A stretch of 64,000 nucleotides of DNA from Octopus vulgaris (GCA_951406725.2 OX597835.1:1488001-1552000); one strand, 5' to 3'. Shown: positions 12,839-27,101, counted from the stretch's first letter. Program-made: numbers and translations. Notes: generated from the sequence alone by a model not told the origin.

Positions 12839-13197
12839 TGATCACTATAAACAAATCCTTTGTGCAGAGCATTTGTCAAAAGCTAAATACTCATGTGTCA
12901 TCTTCAAAGGGGAAAGTCCATCATCATCATCATCATCATTACTATTTAAGGCAGTGGGCTGGCAGAATCGTTAGCACACTGGGTGAAATGCTTAACAGTA
13001 TTTCATCTGCCGCTATGTTCTGAGTTCAAATTCCGCTGAGATTGACTTTACCTTTCATCCTTTCAGGGTTGATAAATTAAGTATCAGTAATATGCTGGGG
13101 TTGATGTAATCGACTAGTCCCCTCCCCCAAAATTGCTGCCCTTGTGGCAAAATTTGAAACCATTATTATTATTATTATTATTGTTATTATTATTATG

Positions 13198-13462
13198 TTT
13201 AAATATTTGTTGTGCAAGATTTTTTATGTGAAGTCGTGTGTTGAAACAGATATTGTTATATTTCGGAATGGTCATTTTGCCAGTTTAGCCAATAAAAATA
13301 CACGCACTATATATTTGGTGTGTGATGAAAGAACTCTGGCCGAAATAAGATTAAGATTAATGTAAAAAATAAATAACACTGAAGCAAAGTAACACCAAAT
13401 ACATAGTGCGTGTGTTTTTATTGGTTAAACTGGCAAAATGACCATTCCAAAATATAACAATA
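13198..13462. mobile_element. Penelope-like repeat fragment with inverted duplication
   Basis: 13252-13320 is the reverse complement of 13394-13462. The same family occurs at 42908-43037 and 46020-46265. Confidence 0.55.
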
Positions 13463-13500
13463 AATGTTATTATTATTATTGTTATTAAGACAAAGTGTGC

Positions 13501-13607
13501 GATTCGATTGTAGTATATAGTTTATTGGTTGAACAATATTTCGGCAGAAAGACAAGCTTACTGTCGAAATATCGTTCAACCAATGTAATACGTATTACAA
13601 TCGGATC
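13501..13607. repeat. Imperfect inverted repeat with 47-bp arms
   Basis: GATTCGATTGTAG...TTGGTTGAACAATATTTCGGCAG pairs with CTGTCGAAATATCGTTCAACCAAT...CAATCGGATC. Confidence 0.75.
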
Positions 13608-13752
13608 AAGTTCTTCATCTCGACTGTTTACCTTCGTGAATCCCTTTAAAATATTTTTTTTTTAATAATTTCATTATAAGCAAACCTTCACACTTTATCT
13701 TTGTCTTTATATTGTCCTCCTCATCTTTCGCTCTGGTGGCAAATAAAAGAAA

Positions 13753-13784
<32 letters not shown>

Positions 13785-15617
13785 TGAATTTATGGATGCA
13801 GGTGTGGTTGTGTGGTAAGAAGTTTGCTTCCCAACCACATGGTTCTGAGTTCAGTCACACCATGTGGCATCTGAGTAAATGTTTCCTACTCTAGTCCAAG
13901 GCCAACCAAAACCTTGTGAGTGGATTTGGTAGACAGATACTGAAAGATATCTGTGTGTGTCTTTGTGTCTGTGTTTGTCCCCACCACTGCTTGACAACCA
14001 GTGTTGGTGTGTTTACATCCCAGTAATCAAGCAGTTCAGAAAAAGAGACTGATAGGCTAAAAAGAAATTAATGCTGGCCTTGATTTGTTTGACTAAAATT
14101 CTCCTAAGCAGTGCCCCAACATGGTTGCAGTCTGATAACTAGAACAAGTAAAAGATAGATCTGTCTGTGTGTCTTTGTGTTTGTTCCCAACACCACTTGA
14201 CAACTGGCACAGGTTGTTTATATCCCCAAAACAGTTTGGCAATACAGACTGATAGAATAAGTACCAGGGTTAAAAAAAAAGTACTGAGGTAAATTCCTTC
14301 AGGGTGGTACCCCAGAATGACCACAATTCTATGAATGAAACAAGTTGAAGACAAATGATAAAAGACAATGTGAGAATATTTATTTTACTTTTAGGATTTG
14401 GATGCATGTCCTGTTGTCAGCCAGGTAGACTGAGAAAAAGCCAAGATTACCTGAGTTATCTGACTGGCCTGTGGAAACAGAACAGCTCACATCAATTGTA
14501 ATTGATAATTATGGTTGCATTTATAATTAGCAAGTCAATGGCTTTGAGTAGCTTTCAAAGGAATTTTAATGAGAGAAATATTCATTAACCTTGGTCATGT
14601 TTACCTTCAGGCTCCTTGATTCAAGATTAATCCTTAAATTTCTCTTGTAGTCCTGGTAACACTCTGGCAATGTGAGGTAAACTATCTGAATATATTAGTT
14701 TTGAATTCTGAATTCTTTCTTGAAGTAAAACATTTGTTTTCCATCAAGTCCTTCACTTGCAGCTATTTCAGACAAAAATATGGTATTTATGAAGTTTCAA
14801 GTTAATTTTCTTAAATTTTTTTATAGCCATTGGCAAAGTAGAACAATAAATTGTTATATTATTCTTATTTTATTCTGTGTGTTTATAAATGTTTAAGTGC
14901 GTATGCAGGTGTGTATCAATATAAGAGTGAGTGTATATACATATTTGTGTGTATGTACAGGTTATTACTGTTTGGCTTTGAATTACCACTGACCAAGCAA
15001 TCTTATCATCAAAGATATTCCAATTGTAAATATTCTACCTACCTTTTTAGGGTATTTAGCTCTACCTTATGTAAAGTGTCCTTGCATCTTTTAAAGATGA
15101 CTGGTAGGGTATGATTTGAGGGAGATTTGGCTCCTATTTCAAGACAGGGTCATGTATGCAAAAGTGTCTGTCATAAGAGCACCTGGTACACACTGTAAAG
15201 TAGTTGGTATTAGAAAGGGCATCCAGCTGTGGAAACCAAGCCAAAACAGACTGGAATCTGGCGCAGCTCTCCAGCTTCCTGGCTCTGGTTAAACCAACAT
15301 GGAAAACATCCTTTAACGTCTGTTTTCCATGCTGATAATCTTTTCTACTCAAGGCACCAGGACCGAAATTTTGGGGGAGGGGGGAGCAGTCGATTAGATC
15401 GACCCCAGTATGCAACTGTTTGAACTCCAGCCATAAAAACCATGCCAAAGCAGACAGTGGAGTTTGGTGCGGTTCCAGGGTTTGCCAGATCTTGTCAAAC
15501 TATCTGACCAAAGCCAGCAAGGAAGACAGACATTAAATGATGATGATGATGATGATATATATCTTTAACTTGTTTCAGTCATTAGACTGTGACCATATTG
15601 GGGCACCACCATATATA

Positions 15618-15648
<31 letters not shown>

Positions 15649-16991
15649 GCATATACTCGCTAAAATGTACTGGAAGTTGTTGTGTAGCCACATGTCAGCC
15701 CCCTGATTGAGCAGCATTATGATCAAAGGTGTTTCAGCCATCTCATCTGTTTGTGTGGGAATCGAGGGGGATTTAGTTGCTGTTTCTAATAGTTTGAGTG
15801 ACTGCATAGAGATTCTCTTGCTGGCTGGGAAGTGCTGGAAGTATAAAGGCAAAAATATAAGAAGATCAATAACTGTCTTCATTCCAGAGCAAAAAATGAC
15901 AAAATATTGATTTCTTTTCATTAAGATCAGATTCCACATTTAGAGAGGGGGAAGTGGGGAAGGTAGGGAGTATTGTCAATCTATACTGGTACTTAGCTGA
16001 TGTGGCCCCAGGCAGATGAAACATGAAGTTGACTCTGACGTGATTTGAGCTTAGAAATTAGTTAAGCAAAACTGGATGGTTAATGAATCTTAGCTTCTCG
16101 TTTGTCTCAGATTGATATAATATTATTCCTTTCATTAATGTATTTCTGTTGAAATACACTGCATCATCATCATCATCATCATCATCGTTTAACATCCGCT
16201 TTCCATGCTAGCATGGGTTGGATGATTTGCCTGAGGACTGGCGAACCAGATGGCTGCACCAGGCTCCAATCTGCCTTAATTAATTTTTTTGAGAATAATT
16301 GAGAATTTAGTAAAATGACTGTCATTATTAGGTTGGTGTAAGGTGGTGAGCTGGCAGAAACGTTAGCACGCTGGGCAAAATGCTTAGCGGTATTTCGTCT
16401 GTCTTTACATTCTGAGTTCAAATTCCACCGAGATCGACTTTGCCTTTCATCCTTTCAGGGTTGATAAATTGAGTACCAGTTGTGTACTGGGATCAATCTA
16501 ATTGACTGGCCCCTTCTGTAAAAATTTCCGGCCATGTGCCTAGAGTAGAAAAGATAATTAGGTTGGTGCTTTTAAGATGGTAAGCTGGCAGAATTGTTAG
16601 CATGCCAGAAAATATACTAAGCAGCATTTTATCTGTCTCTAAGTTCCATGTTCAAATTCCACTGAGTTTGACTTTGCCTTTCAGGGTCAATAAAACAAGT
16701 ACAAGTCAAATATTGGGGTCAATGTTGTTGACTTCACCTTCCCCTTAAAAACTGATGGCCCTGTGCCAAAATTTGAAACCATTATTAAGTTGGCGTTTTA
16801 AGATGGTGAGTTGGCCGAATATTAGCTTGTCAGACAAAAAGCTTAGCAACATTCCTTCCAACTTTACATTCTGAGTTTAAATTCTGCCAAGGTCAACTTT
16901 GCCTTTCGTTCTTTAATGGTGTCATTGAAATTGACTAGCCTCCTTTTCCTAAGTTTCAGACCTTAATAATTTTTTTCTACTATAGTTTCAG

Positions 16992-17455
16992 GCAGTGCAT
17001 GCCATCAAAGTGACACTGGGGTAAAATATACGAAGCCCAGTACACCCATCATGACTACCCGTCTGATAAGGGTACACCAGGCACATGCATCACAACCATA
17101 TGTGCGCAACATGGTGATTTCATATCAAGATAAACAGTGCATGACCTTGCAGATGGGGCCCAGTTAGAATTTTCTTCTGGTCAAGTAGCCCATCCCGCTC
17201 AAAAGGTCCCTGAATAAGGATTGTTTAAGGATGTTGAATGAACCATCCATGCTTCCAAAGGGAAATTATCCAAACCTCCAAGAATTCCTTTCAACACATG
17301 GCTATGATGCTCTCCCACTACTTCTGCTCGTGATCAGAGATGCACATATCGTCAGCCACTAAGGGACATGCTCAACTGGTTACGGTCAAACAACTGACAA
17401 GCAAATCTGTGGTATTTAGCAGAATATTTGCTGAACCCCTCTTTTATGCCAAGAC
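16992..17455 (-). mobile_element. Non-coding (TAA)n-associated repeat, truncated copy
   Basis: High similarity to 47375-47928 and 60701-61061, and abuts a (TTA)n tract. Confidence 0.75.
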
Positions 17456-17488
<33 letters not shown>

Positions 17489-17489
17489 G

Positions 17490-18800
17490 CTGTCTGTCAT
17501 GCCAAGGAAAGCTGTTTGTTGTTTGCTCCTTTTCTGATTTTGTTGATTTGGCTTTGAATGTATTTTTGCTGTTCCGTCTGATATAATATATTAAGTTCTT
17601 TCAGTGCCTTCCTTTTTTTCTATTTAAGTTTCTTCTTGTAGGATTCCTGTTGTGCTGTTTGGTTATTTCCTTTATGTTAATTCTTTTTGCGAGCGCTGTG
17701 TTGCTTTCCCAGGGGGCTCTTCGTTTCACTTTTGGCTTCAAAGGTCTATACTAATTTGTCCTCTGCCACCATTCCTTCTTTTCATATACAGTCTGTTTAT
17801 ATTTGCTTTAGGGTGTAGTGCTCCATGCATCCTTCTATCCAGTCTTGATATTCCCTCCTTAGTCCATTTGAGGATGGACACACTATATCTGACCACTGCA
17901 ACTGTCCAGATATTCATTGCAGTAATCAGATCTTTGACATTCAGGTTGGATTTCACACCATCTTCACCCTTTTTTGATACACCTCGCTGACCTTGACTTT
18001 CATTTCTTTGTGTAGAATGTCACCCAGCTCCAAAATCCCTAAATATCTATACTCACTACTGTCAGGTTCACCCATAGTCTCTCCTGATAGTAGCCGCAAT
18101 CCTCTGTAGGCTGCTTTCTTCCCTCTTTTCATATTAAGTACTGAGCATTTGGTAATTCCAAATTCCATACCAATGTCCCTACCACACTTCTGGACTGTTT
18201 TGGTTAAGGAATCTATCTGTTTTTCAGGTTATCCATAAACAGATGATTCAATGGTGGGCCTTTCTTCCCACATCGGTAACCCATCTTAACATTCCAAAGT
18301 GTCATTGTTATGGGTATTAGTGTTATTACAAAGAGTAACAGAGAAAACAAGTCCCCTTGGAAGATTCCCCTTTTAATATTGACTTCTCCAAGGAATACAT
18401 TACTTGAGTACAATTTGGTTTTCCATTCTTTCATGCATCAGAAAATTTGTGATGTTGTCAGCAACACCAAACATCTGCAGGCATTCAATGGTCCAAGAAT
18501 GAGGCATCATATCATATGCCTTCTTAAAGTCAATCCAAGCCATAGACATGTTTGTATGATGTTTTTTTTCAATGCCTCAAAACTGTTTTATCGATGACCA
18601 GGTGATCCTTGCTACCCTCTTCCCACATCCTTTTTGTTCTCTTGGTAGAATTTCTTCCTGTGCCTGGAAAGGGTATGTTTTTGCCGCACATATTCCAGTG
18701 AGTATCTTCCAGATTATGTTTAGGCATACTAAGGGATGATAGTTTCCCACAATATTCCCCTTTCTTCTATCTTTCATTACAAGTGTTGCCCTCCCTGTCA
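17490..18800 (-). mobile_element. Dong/R4-clade non-LTR retrotransposon, degraded reverse transcriptase
   Basis: Frameshifted ORF pieces NYHPLVCLNIIWKILTGI, EQKGC, KRGIFQGDLFSLLLF, NHLFMDNLK, EFGITKC, YRYLGILE, HPKANINRLYMKRRNGGRG. Confidence 0.85.
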
Positions 18801-19354
18801 CCTGTTGTTGTTGTTGTTGTTATTATTATTATTATTATTACTTTATTATTATTTTATTTGCAAGAAATATCTACATCTGTCACTCAGTAATCAGACTTCT
18901 AATATTTTTATGTCTTCCAAAATTTCAATTAAAGGTGGGGCAGTCAGGTGCTATGGAGATTTATTTGTGTATGGTTTAAACATTATTTTATTTCTTCTTC
19001 TTCTTCTTCTTCTTCTTCTCCTCCGCCTCCTCCTCCTCCTCCTCCTCCTCCTCACCACCACCACCACCATCATCATTGCTATTTTGTTTAGAATTGTGGA
19101 AAACAAAATTCCTCTTCTTTCCATTCTTCAAAGATGAACAACAAAATAATTATTATTAGAAAAGAAAAAGAAAAAAATACAGTAGTTTAAGTAATTCTTT
19201 TTTTCCTGTAAAATTACTTTTCCACTTTCAAATAATTATTTTCATGACTTAAAAAAACAAAACAAAACAAAACAAGATACAAATGATATTTCAAAATAAT
19301 TTCTGTAGTTTTATATTAAACAAGTCTTCTTTTTGCACCCAGTCTCCCTCCCTT

Positions 19355-19366
19355 TATATATATATA

Positions 19367-19453
<87 letters not shown>

Positions 19454-19677
19454 ATGTATATTTATTATATATATATATATATATAATGTATATATATGTA
19501 TATATATATAAATGTATATTTACATATATATATATATATCTATATATTATATATATCTATTTATTTATGTGTCTGTGTGTGTGTATGTATATACATATAT
19601 ATATAAATGTATATATACACACACATATATATATATTATACATATATTGTATATATTATATATATCTATTTATTTAT

Positions 19678-19725
<48 letters not shown>

Positions 19726-19726
19726 T
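19355..19726. repeat. (TA)n/(TG)n compound microsatellite
   Basis: Directly visible. Similar tracts at 2441-2492, 20350-20480, 38430-38710 and 60180-60320. Confidence 0.95.
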
Positions 19727-20349
19727 TTGTAAATTCATTCAAATCAGACATTTTCAAAAACGTTTTAGAATATGCTGGGAGTAATTTCTCATAATGCACT
19801 TCACAGGTTCAATATACAAAACTAGGGGGAAAAAAACTGAAGCAAACTGCATTCGTACTCCATAAGTAATATCTTCGACATATTTATTTCAGCTTTGCAG
19901 AAAGTAATCCCTCTTTAACACACACACACATAATACATACATACATACATACATGCATGCATACATACATATATATATTTACAAAATGATAAAAAACATC
20001 TGCAAATTTTTGCAATGCAAATATAATTTTTTTTTCAAGTTATCCTGGAATGTGATGGGATTATAATTACTTTTAGTTCCAGGGCATTTCAACATAAACC
20101 AAGTACCCAATTTAGTATTAAAACCTACAGTAATTTCCAAAATATGATGATGAATGAAGAAATAAATGAATGAATAAAAGGATGAAAGCATTTTTGTGAG
20201 AGAACAACAACAATATTGTTACGAGGTAAAAAAAAAAAGTACAAACAAATCCAGTTTTCAGAAAAATCTAATGATTTCAGAAGAATTAGAGAGAAATTCT
20301 TACAGGTTCAAAAATCATAGAAGAAACAAAAGACAAAAATGAATATACA

Positions 20350-20405
<56 letters not shown>

Positions 20406-20447
20406 TGTGTGGGTATATATATAATATATATATATACATATGTGTGT

Positions 20448-20479
<32 letters not shown>

Positions 20480-21069
20480 GTGAGATAAAACTTACTTGGA
20501 AAAGGATGCATACTGTTCAGTCATATGCTAATATAAATAACACACACACACACACACATATATACACATATATATACATACATACATATGTGGGCACAGG
20601 ACGTCATGAAATGTGTACAACAAAAAATACGAAGCACGAGTACATGGAATATGAACTATTTTTTTGAACAACGAAAGACATAAATGGAAAACAAGACAAA
20701 CAGCATAAAGAACGACCCTTCATCAGTTGTTGGGTGTTTTTCTACTCTTGTATTTCGAGCATTTAACAACAATGTACGCTTTCGATAAAACAGTTGCTCC
20801 TGCAAAGCAAATTAAATAAAATTTGGGATTTTACAGAGGGTCAAAATAGGTAACACAAATAGGAAGGGCTGCTAAGCCTAAATGAGGTTGTGGTGGCGAA
20901 CGAATAAATCAAGCTAGGACAGGAGACAAACAAGAACACATCTTCCTGTAATGATCCCATTATTCATCCCTTATTTTCCTGTAATGATCCCATTATTCCT
21001 ATTTATCCTTTCAAGATGGTAGGGTATCATTTGAGGAAGATTTAGTCATTGTTTATAGTTGTTGTTTTG

Positions 21070-21322
21070 TTCGTCCCTTCTCGAGCCAAGCCCGGTTCAT
21101 AAGGGCCAGTTTCCCGGTTTCCATGGCATATAGGTTCCCCACCTGGACGAGATGCTGGTCCGTTGCAGGTGAGCTGCAAGATGCAGGAGGAGTGAGAGAA
21201 AGTTGTAGCGAAAGAGTCAGCAGAAGTTTGCCATAAACACACACATTGCCCGGTCTGAGATTCGAACCCACAATCTGCCGACCGCAAGTCCGCTGCTCTA
21301 ACCACTTGGCCATGTACCTCCA
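21070..21322 (-). mobile_element. tRNA-derived SINE
   Basis: On -, TGGCCAAGTGGTTAGAGCAGCGG (A box) and GGGTTCGAATCTC (B box), with a body ending in CCCTTATGAACCGGGCTTGGCTCGAGAAGGG. Confidence 0.8.
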
Positions 21323-24300
21323 CAGTGTTTATAGTTGGTCAATTGACTCTTTCGAAGCTCTTTCATTGACTCATATTTTAGATGTTGTTGCTGTTGTTGT
21401 TGCTTAGCCCCAGAATAATCCTGACAGAACAAACCTATCCTCAAAGCCACTCAAGTCTACTCCATCAGTTATGACCATTGTTATGATTGCAAATACAAGC
21501 AGCCAAAATGAGGTTCTTCTGAAGGATTTCTGGAGTAACATTACTTGATAAAGTGTGCACCTCAGAGGTTAGAGTGTTTCTCCAAGTGAAGCTACTACTT
21601 CTCTGAATTAAGAGATCACAAGTATGTGATTAGGACATCACAAGAAAGAATCACAAGACAGGGTCTTCAAGCTGAGCCAGCTGGCAGGAAGACCCAAAGA
21701 TGGACCGAGAGTGAGATGATTGGATAATAGCCATGGTGTTAGCTGGTCACCCTTGGGAATCCAACTGGGAAGTGTAATGACAATTCCTTCTGATAGGATC
21801 CTATGGAGAAGGAGCCTAAGGACTTTATTCACATGAACAGTGGGGTGGGGGTGGATAATCCATATGTATGTATATCTCTCTCTCTCTCTGTCTCTCTCTA
21901 TAAATAATAAATACATAAACACACACATATTTATACATAACAGGCTTCTTTCAGTTTTCGTTTACCAAATCCACTCACAAGGCTTTGATCAACCCAGACC
22001 TATAGTAGAAGACACCCAAGGTGCCATTCAGTGGGAATGAACTTGAAACATTATGGTTGCAAAGCAAGCTTTTGAACCACTCGGCCATGCCAGCACCTAA
22101 AAAATCATTTAGTAGTATTGAGGTTTTGATGAAGCTGAAAATGAGAAAAGAAGATTCTTTAAAAAATCCTCTTTAACAACATATATGATTTTAATGTGTC
22201 TAGGGAGGGCCATTCTGCCAATATAATTAACACACAGACACTGGTTCAATTCCATTCAATTATTATTAGTCAAATATTCAAATGTTTGATTTTCATTTGT
22301 CAAAGCTCTTTCATTGCTACTTGCAATGGCTATTGACTTAGTGGCATTTTGTTTGTCTTTAGATTCTGAGTTCAAATTCTGCCGGGATCAGTTTTGCCTT
22401 TCATCATTTCAGGATCGATAAAATACGTACCAGTTAAACACTAGGGTCAATTCAATTGACCCTTCTCCCAAGGCTGCTGGCCTTGTGCCAAAATTTGAAA
22501 CCAATATTGTGATGTGTCCTTAATGAGAACCAACTAAAAGGTAGACACTAGAATGAAATGTTGGCCAACAAAACCTTAAGGATGAATGGCAATCAATACT
22601 TCAAACTGAAAACCCTGAACCTAAAAAAGCAGTGCCTATGGAGTCCCTGAATCTAACGATATAGCATTTAATTGCCACCGAAAGTAAAATAATGACTTCA
22701 CTGTCTCTGAAATTTTGAAATGTGTTCATAAGTTATTAAAACACCTAAAACTTTGGATAACAGCATACAGGTACAATAAAGACGCCACAGGTAAGCACAT
22801 AAATGCAAAACAGGTGGGAAAATATAGTACTTGAATACCTAACCAGATTTTAATATTGAGCTACGCACCATAGGTTTGTCAAGACAAGAGCTCATTGTCA
22901 CTGCTTAGCAACAACAACAACAACGAGTACAACAAGGACAAGAGCAACAACAACAAACATGACAATGGCAGCGAGTCAATGATCTGATAATAAAAAAACC
23001 CAGTTTTGTTGTAATTTGCACCACTAAGCTTCAATTTTTCTGATAGATATCTGATATTCTCTGTCACTTGCTTTCTATCTGATAGATGACCCACCACAAA
23101 ATAGATATTTATAGATATTTCGAACCTCATTTATTATAGACATTTTGACACAGACATACAAGTATGCATATGCGTGTGTGTCTGTGTTTATCACAAATAA
23201 TATCCTAGCTTATAAGTTGCCCTCTGTGCAGACTTTTAAGCTTCTGTGGACGGCCAACTGGGCTTATGGCCCAAAACTAAAGACAGCTAAATAGCATTAC
23301 AAGTACAGTTCATCTAAGAGGCTTCCACACAGTTTTCACCCACCCAGTTTCATTCACAAGGCTTAGATTGATGTGAATCTATAGTGACACACATTCGAGA
23401 TGCCTTATAGAGGGATCAAACCTGGAATTATTCAGCCTTATTACATCTACATAATGGGGGTGAGGGAGGAGTGAAAGAGAGGGAGAAAAAGAGAGAGGGG
23501 GGAAGAGAGTTGGAGCAGGAGGATCATAAACTCCAGTTCCTCTCTCTAATCACTTACAGATCTGTTTTCTGTCTGCTGAAGTATTGTTCAGCATTTTACA
23601 TCTTTCTCTCTCTCTCTCTTTTTTTCCACACTCACCTATTTATATATTTATAATTTATTTGTGTCAGTTATTCAACTGCGGCCATGCTGGGGCATTGCCT
23701 TGAAGGTTTTAATCGAACAAATCGACCCCAGCACCTACTTTCTATAAAGCCTGGTGCTTACATCAGTCTCTCCCGAAGTTATGGGAACGTAAACAAACCA
23801 CCACCAGTTGTCAATCGATAGAGGAGAACAAACACAAATACACGCATAGTGTCTTCTATTTTCACTGCCGGGCTTTTGTCGGCCCTGGAGTTATAGTAGT
23901 TGGGGAGCAAACTTCTTACCATGCAGGCACGCCTGCGTCTGCGATTTCTTAGCATGTAGCCTACGATGGTTATATTTAAGACATAAGTTCCACAGTAAAA
24001 AGTCTAATGTCGGTGGTCTCATTCATAAATGTCATTTAATCCAAAGTCAACAGTTGGTGACCAAGCCTATTAATCTTTTCTTCAATAGGCACAAGGCCCG
24101 AAATTTTTGAGGTTGATTAGATCGACCTCAGTACGCAACTGGTACTTAATTTATCGACCCCGAAAAGAGGAAAGGCAAAGTCGACCTCGGCGGAATTTGA
24201 ACTCAGAACATAAAGACAGCTAACTTATTAATCAAAGGTATCCTAATCACAACCATCCCATTGTCTCTTCGATATTGCATTACGTGTCTATTATGACAGC

Positions 24301-24894
24301 GTATCGAGACGGCGGCAGGGGTGTGGAATACGAGGGTAACATTTGGCTGCTGAGTCTAGCAGTTCGAACAACCACGAAGAGGCTTCCTCGTCGGCTCATG
24401 TTTTTTTGATTGGCCCCTGGTCAACCTTGATCGAGCAGACAATAATCCAAGTCTTTCTTTTTTTATCTTGTCTCTCGTGTTTTCTTCTTCAAGTGAGATG
24501 TGAGTTCAGAGAGATTTAGCTCCTATTTCTTGTGGGGTAACCGCGATGATATTTCCGCGTTGGCTCGAAGGTTCAAGAGATCGGCGTCATAATTAATATA
24601 CCAAGCCATTAAGAATTTAATGTTGAACCCTCTTCTATATTTTGTGCTTAAATTTCTTCGGTATCTACTTTTTTCTTCGCTCATGATTATATTTTTTGTC
24701 TTGGATTTATATTTTAATGTGGAATATTTACGTAATTAAATAGGCTGTAACATTATCCTTACTGTTGATTAGTACCCGTAATATGCTCAGTTGATTTCCT
24801 CGACACTATCTTCTCCGCACCTACCGCGAAAAAGAGTAAATAACAGCGTTTTGTTTATGTACGAATTAATAAATTTGAACTTAAAGAAACCTAT

Positions 24895-24992
24895 GAGAGA
24901 GAGAGAGAGAGAGAAAGAAAGAGAAAGAGAGAGAGAAAGAAAGAGAGAGAGAGAAAGAAAGAGAGAGAGAGAAAGAAAGAGAGAGAGAGAGG
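24895..24992. repeat. (AG)n/(AAAG)n microsatellite
   Basis: Directly visible. Confidence 0.95.
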
Positions 24993-26199
24993 GAACGTGT
25001 GAGTGAAAGAAAAAAGGAAAGAAAGAATTGAGGGACGAGAAAGTATATAAATGTATGCACATATAAATATATGTGTAAACATCGGTTCTTAATTGCTTTT
25101 ATCAAGCTTTTCTTATTAATCTCGAAGACCTTTTAAACACCAAAACAAATAACGACTACTAATATAGATTTGACACAAACTGAACTGCTTTTTTTTTTTT
25201 TTTCTTTTATTCTCGTAAGGAATAAATGTAAAGTCAGTTGAATGGAGTTCGGTGCATAACTGACTAATTTAACGACCCGAGGAAAGACGAAAATCGGACT
25301 CTGACGCGTCTTGAAGCAGTCAGAAATATTTTCCTCCATTGAAAAACTTCAGGCTTTCTCCCTTTCTCTCTCTCTCTCTCTCTCTGTTCTATTAAGCAGA
25401 CTCAACGTAATGATGAAGTCCAGCTGGTCGATCGCTCGACGATGAGAAGAGGGAGACGCGGCAGATCAGAATGAGGGGAGAGATAGAGAGAGAGAGAAAA
25501 AAGAAACATGAAAAAGAAAGAGATGGTCAAACTTTCAATAAAGAGATGCAATCAAAGAAAAATATAAAAATTAACAAAATTAAATTAAAACTACTGTAAA
25601 TAGCAAATCGGCGCGTCTGCACATATTTTCTAAGTAAAGGCCGAGAGATGATGAAGTGAAGAAGGAGAGAAAGTTTGTGAAAGGTCTGTGTGTGTAGTTG
25701 GAATGAGTAAGATTGGAAGAGGTTTTAAGAAAACAACAACCATGAAAGAGAGCAAAGAATAAAAATGTTTTCTCTTGGAGTTACCTCCCTTACAACAAAA
25801 AAGTCAAAATTACTCTTCGTATTTATTCCATTATTTCACAATAGAAACATTCAAAAATGCATTCGTTGCAGCTGTAAATTTATTTTCATACATATATTTG
25901 AATTTCAAATACATTTACAATATCTTATATATCTTAATTTCATTTTATTTCCCATCTGACGTCCAGTTCCTAACATCTTTCATAAAAGTTGCCTGATCGT
26001 TGGTCGTTGTTTTCTTCCTTTTGAAAAAAATTTTTTTCGTGTTTTTTTCTTTTTCTTTCAATGAAAGACCTGTATGCTGGCTGGAAACTTCAGCTCTTGC
26101 TTCTCCGTCTTCTTTCGCCTGCACCATTCGCCCAGACACTCGCTACTTTCATAAATACAACCGTTTCTATTTCTATTTCTCTATAAAAATATTTATTTG

Positions 26200-26300
26200 T
26201 GTGTTTGTCGGGATTTACCTGCTGAGGATGGCAAGACGTGCGGATGCGCATGCGCCGCCGTATTAGAATCTTGAGGGCCGTGCGCTCGGAAAATGGCGGA
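26200..26300 (+). promoter_or_regulatory. CpG-rich promoter/5' region of the PWWP2-like gene with NRF1-type and YY1-type motifs
   Basis: TGCGCATGCGC at 26245-26255 matches the NRF1 consensus. AAAATGGCGG overlapping the start codon matches the YY1 consensus. Confidence 0.6.
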
Positions 26301-26444
26301 CGAGAGACGGGGGCACCACCAAGCCGTTTGTAAAGGCGAGAAATTACCTGTATTCATCGAGGAAGCTATCGAGGATGTCCTCATCGTGTGCTTGGAGGCC
26401 GGCGCCAAGAAATACCGCGGTGTTCTGGTCGATTCCGACAAAAG
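26293..26444 (+). CDS. PWWP2A: PWWP domain-containing protein 2A/2B-like, coding exon 1
   Basis: MADERRGHHQAVCKGEKLPVFIEEAIEDVLIVCLEAGAKKYRGVLVDSDK resembles the PWWP2 N-terminal motif (IIEDALVV...GVLMD). Donor AG|GTAAGC, phase 2. Not in the ORF track. Confidence 0.85.
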
Positions 26445-26832
26445 GTAAGCTCAAATATTTTAATTATTCTTTGGGCCAGAGCTATCGTATTGAAATGTTG
26501 TCAAAAAGTGTGACGACAGCTGACTTTTCCTGTCAGCGTCCGTGTCTGCTATTTTTGGCTATTTTCATATTTCCATTTCTCTCTCTTTCAATGTTTTGCC
26601 CTTCTTCAATCTTCTGCCCAACATCTTTGCACAACAACGGTGCCGTTGATAAACATATAGAGATGCACACACATTTTTAAAAAAACCTTCTACCCATTTG
26701 TTTTAAGTAACAATGAGTCGGTCATTCGGCTCCGACCGCCGACGAATCTGTTTTTGTGTATCAGGCGAATCATTGAAACATCTTTCGAAACTGCTACTGA
26801 ATCAGTAAGTTCCAACGGGAATGAAATAAATG

Positions 26833-26874
<42 letters not shown>

Positions 26875-26915
26875 TATATACTCTCTTATAGTATGTGTGT
26901 GTGTCTGTATTGTAA

Positions 26916-26949
<34 letters not shown>

Positions 26950-27101
26950 ATAGGTGTGTGTGTATATAGATATTTATAGATATATCCTTATTATTACTAT
27001 TATTATATGTGAATGAATGTATATGTGTGTCTGCATGGTCCCACACCTCCCAGATTCACCTATTCAGCTTAATTAAATCCACAATTTGTTTCTTGTTGCA
27101 G

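Noticed and set aside
19283-19794. Long YIYI/CVCV ORFs (also 38312-38826, 60074-60347, 4041-4605)
   Set aside because: Translations of TA/TG microsatellites.
25133-25339. Minus-strand ORF MEENISDCFKTRQSPIFVFPRVVKL..., divergent from PWWP2, with a PIFVFP word reminiscent of MOSPD1
   Set aside because: Similarity is limited to a few residues, there is no convincing donor or downstream exon, and the frame runs into a poly-A tract.
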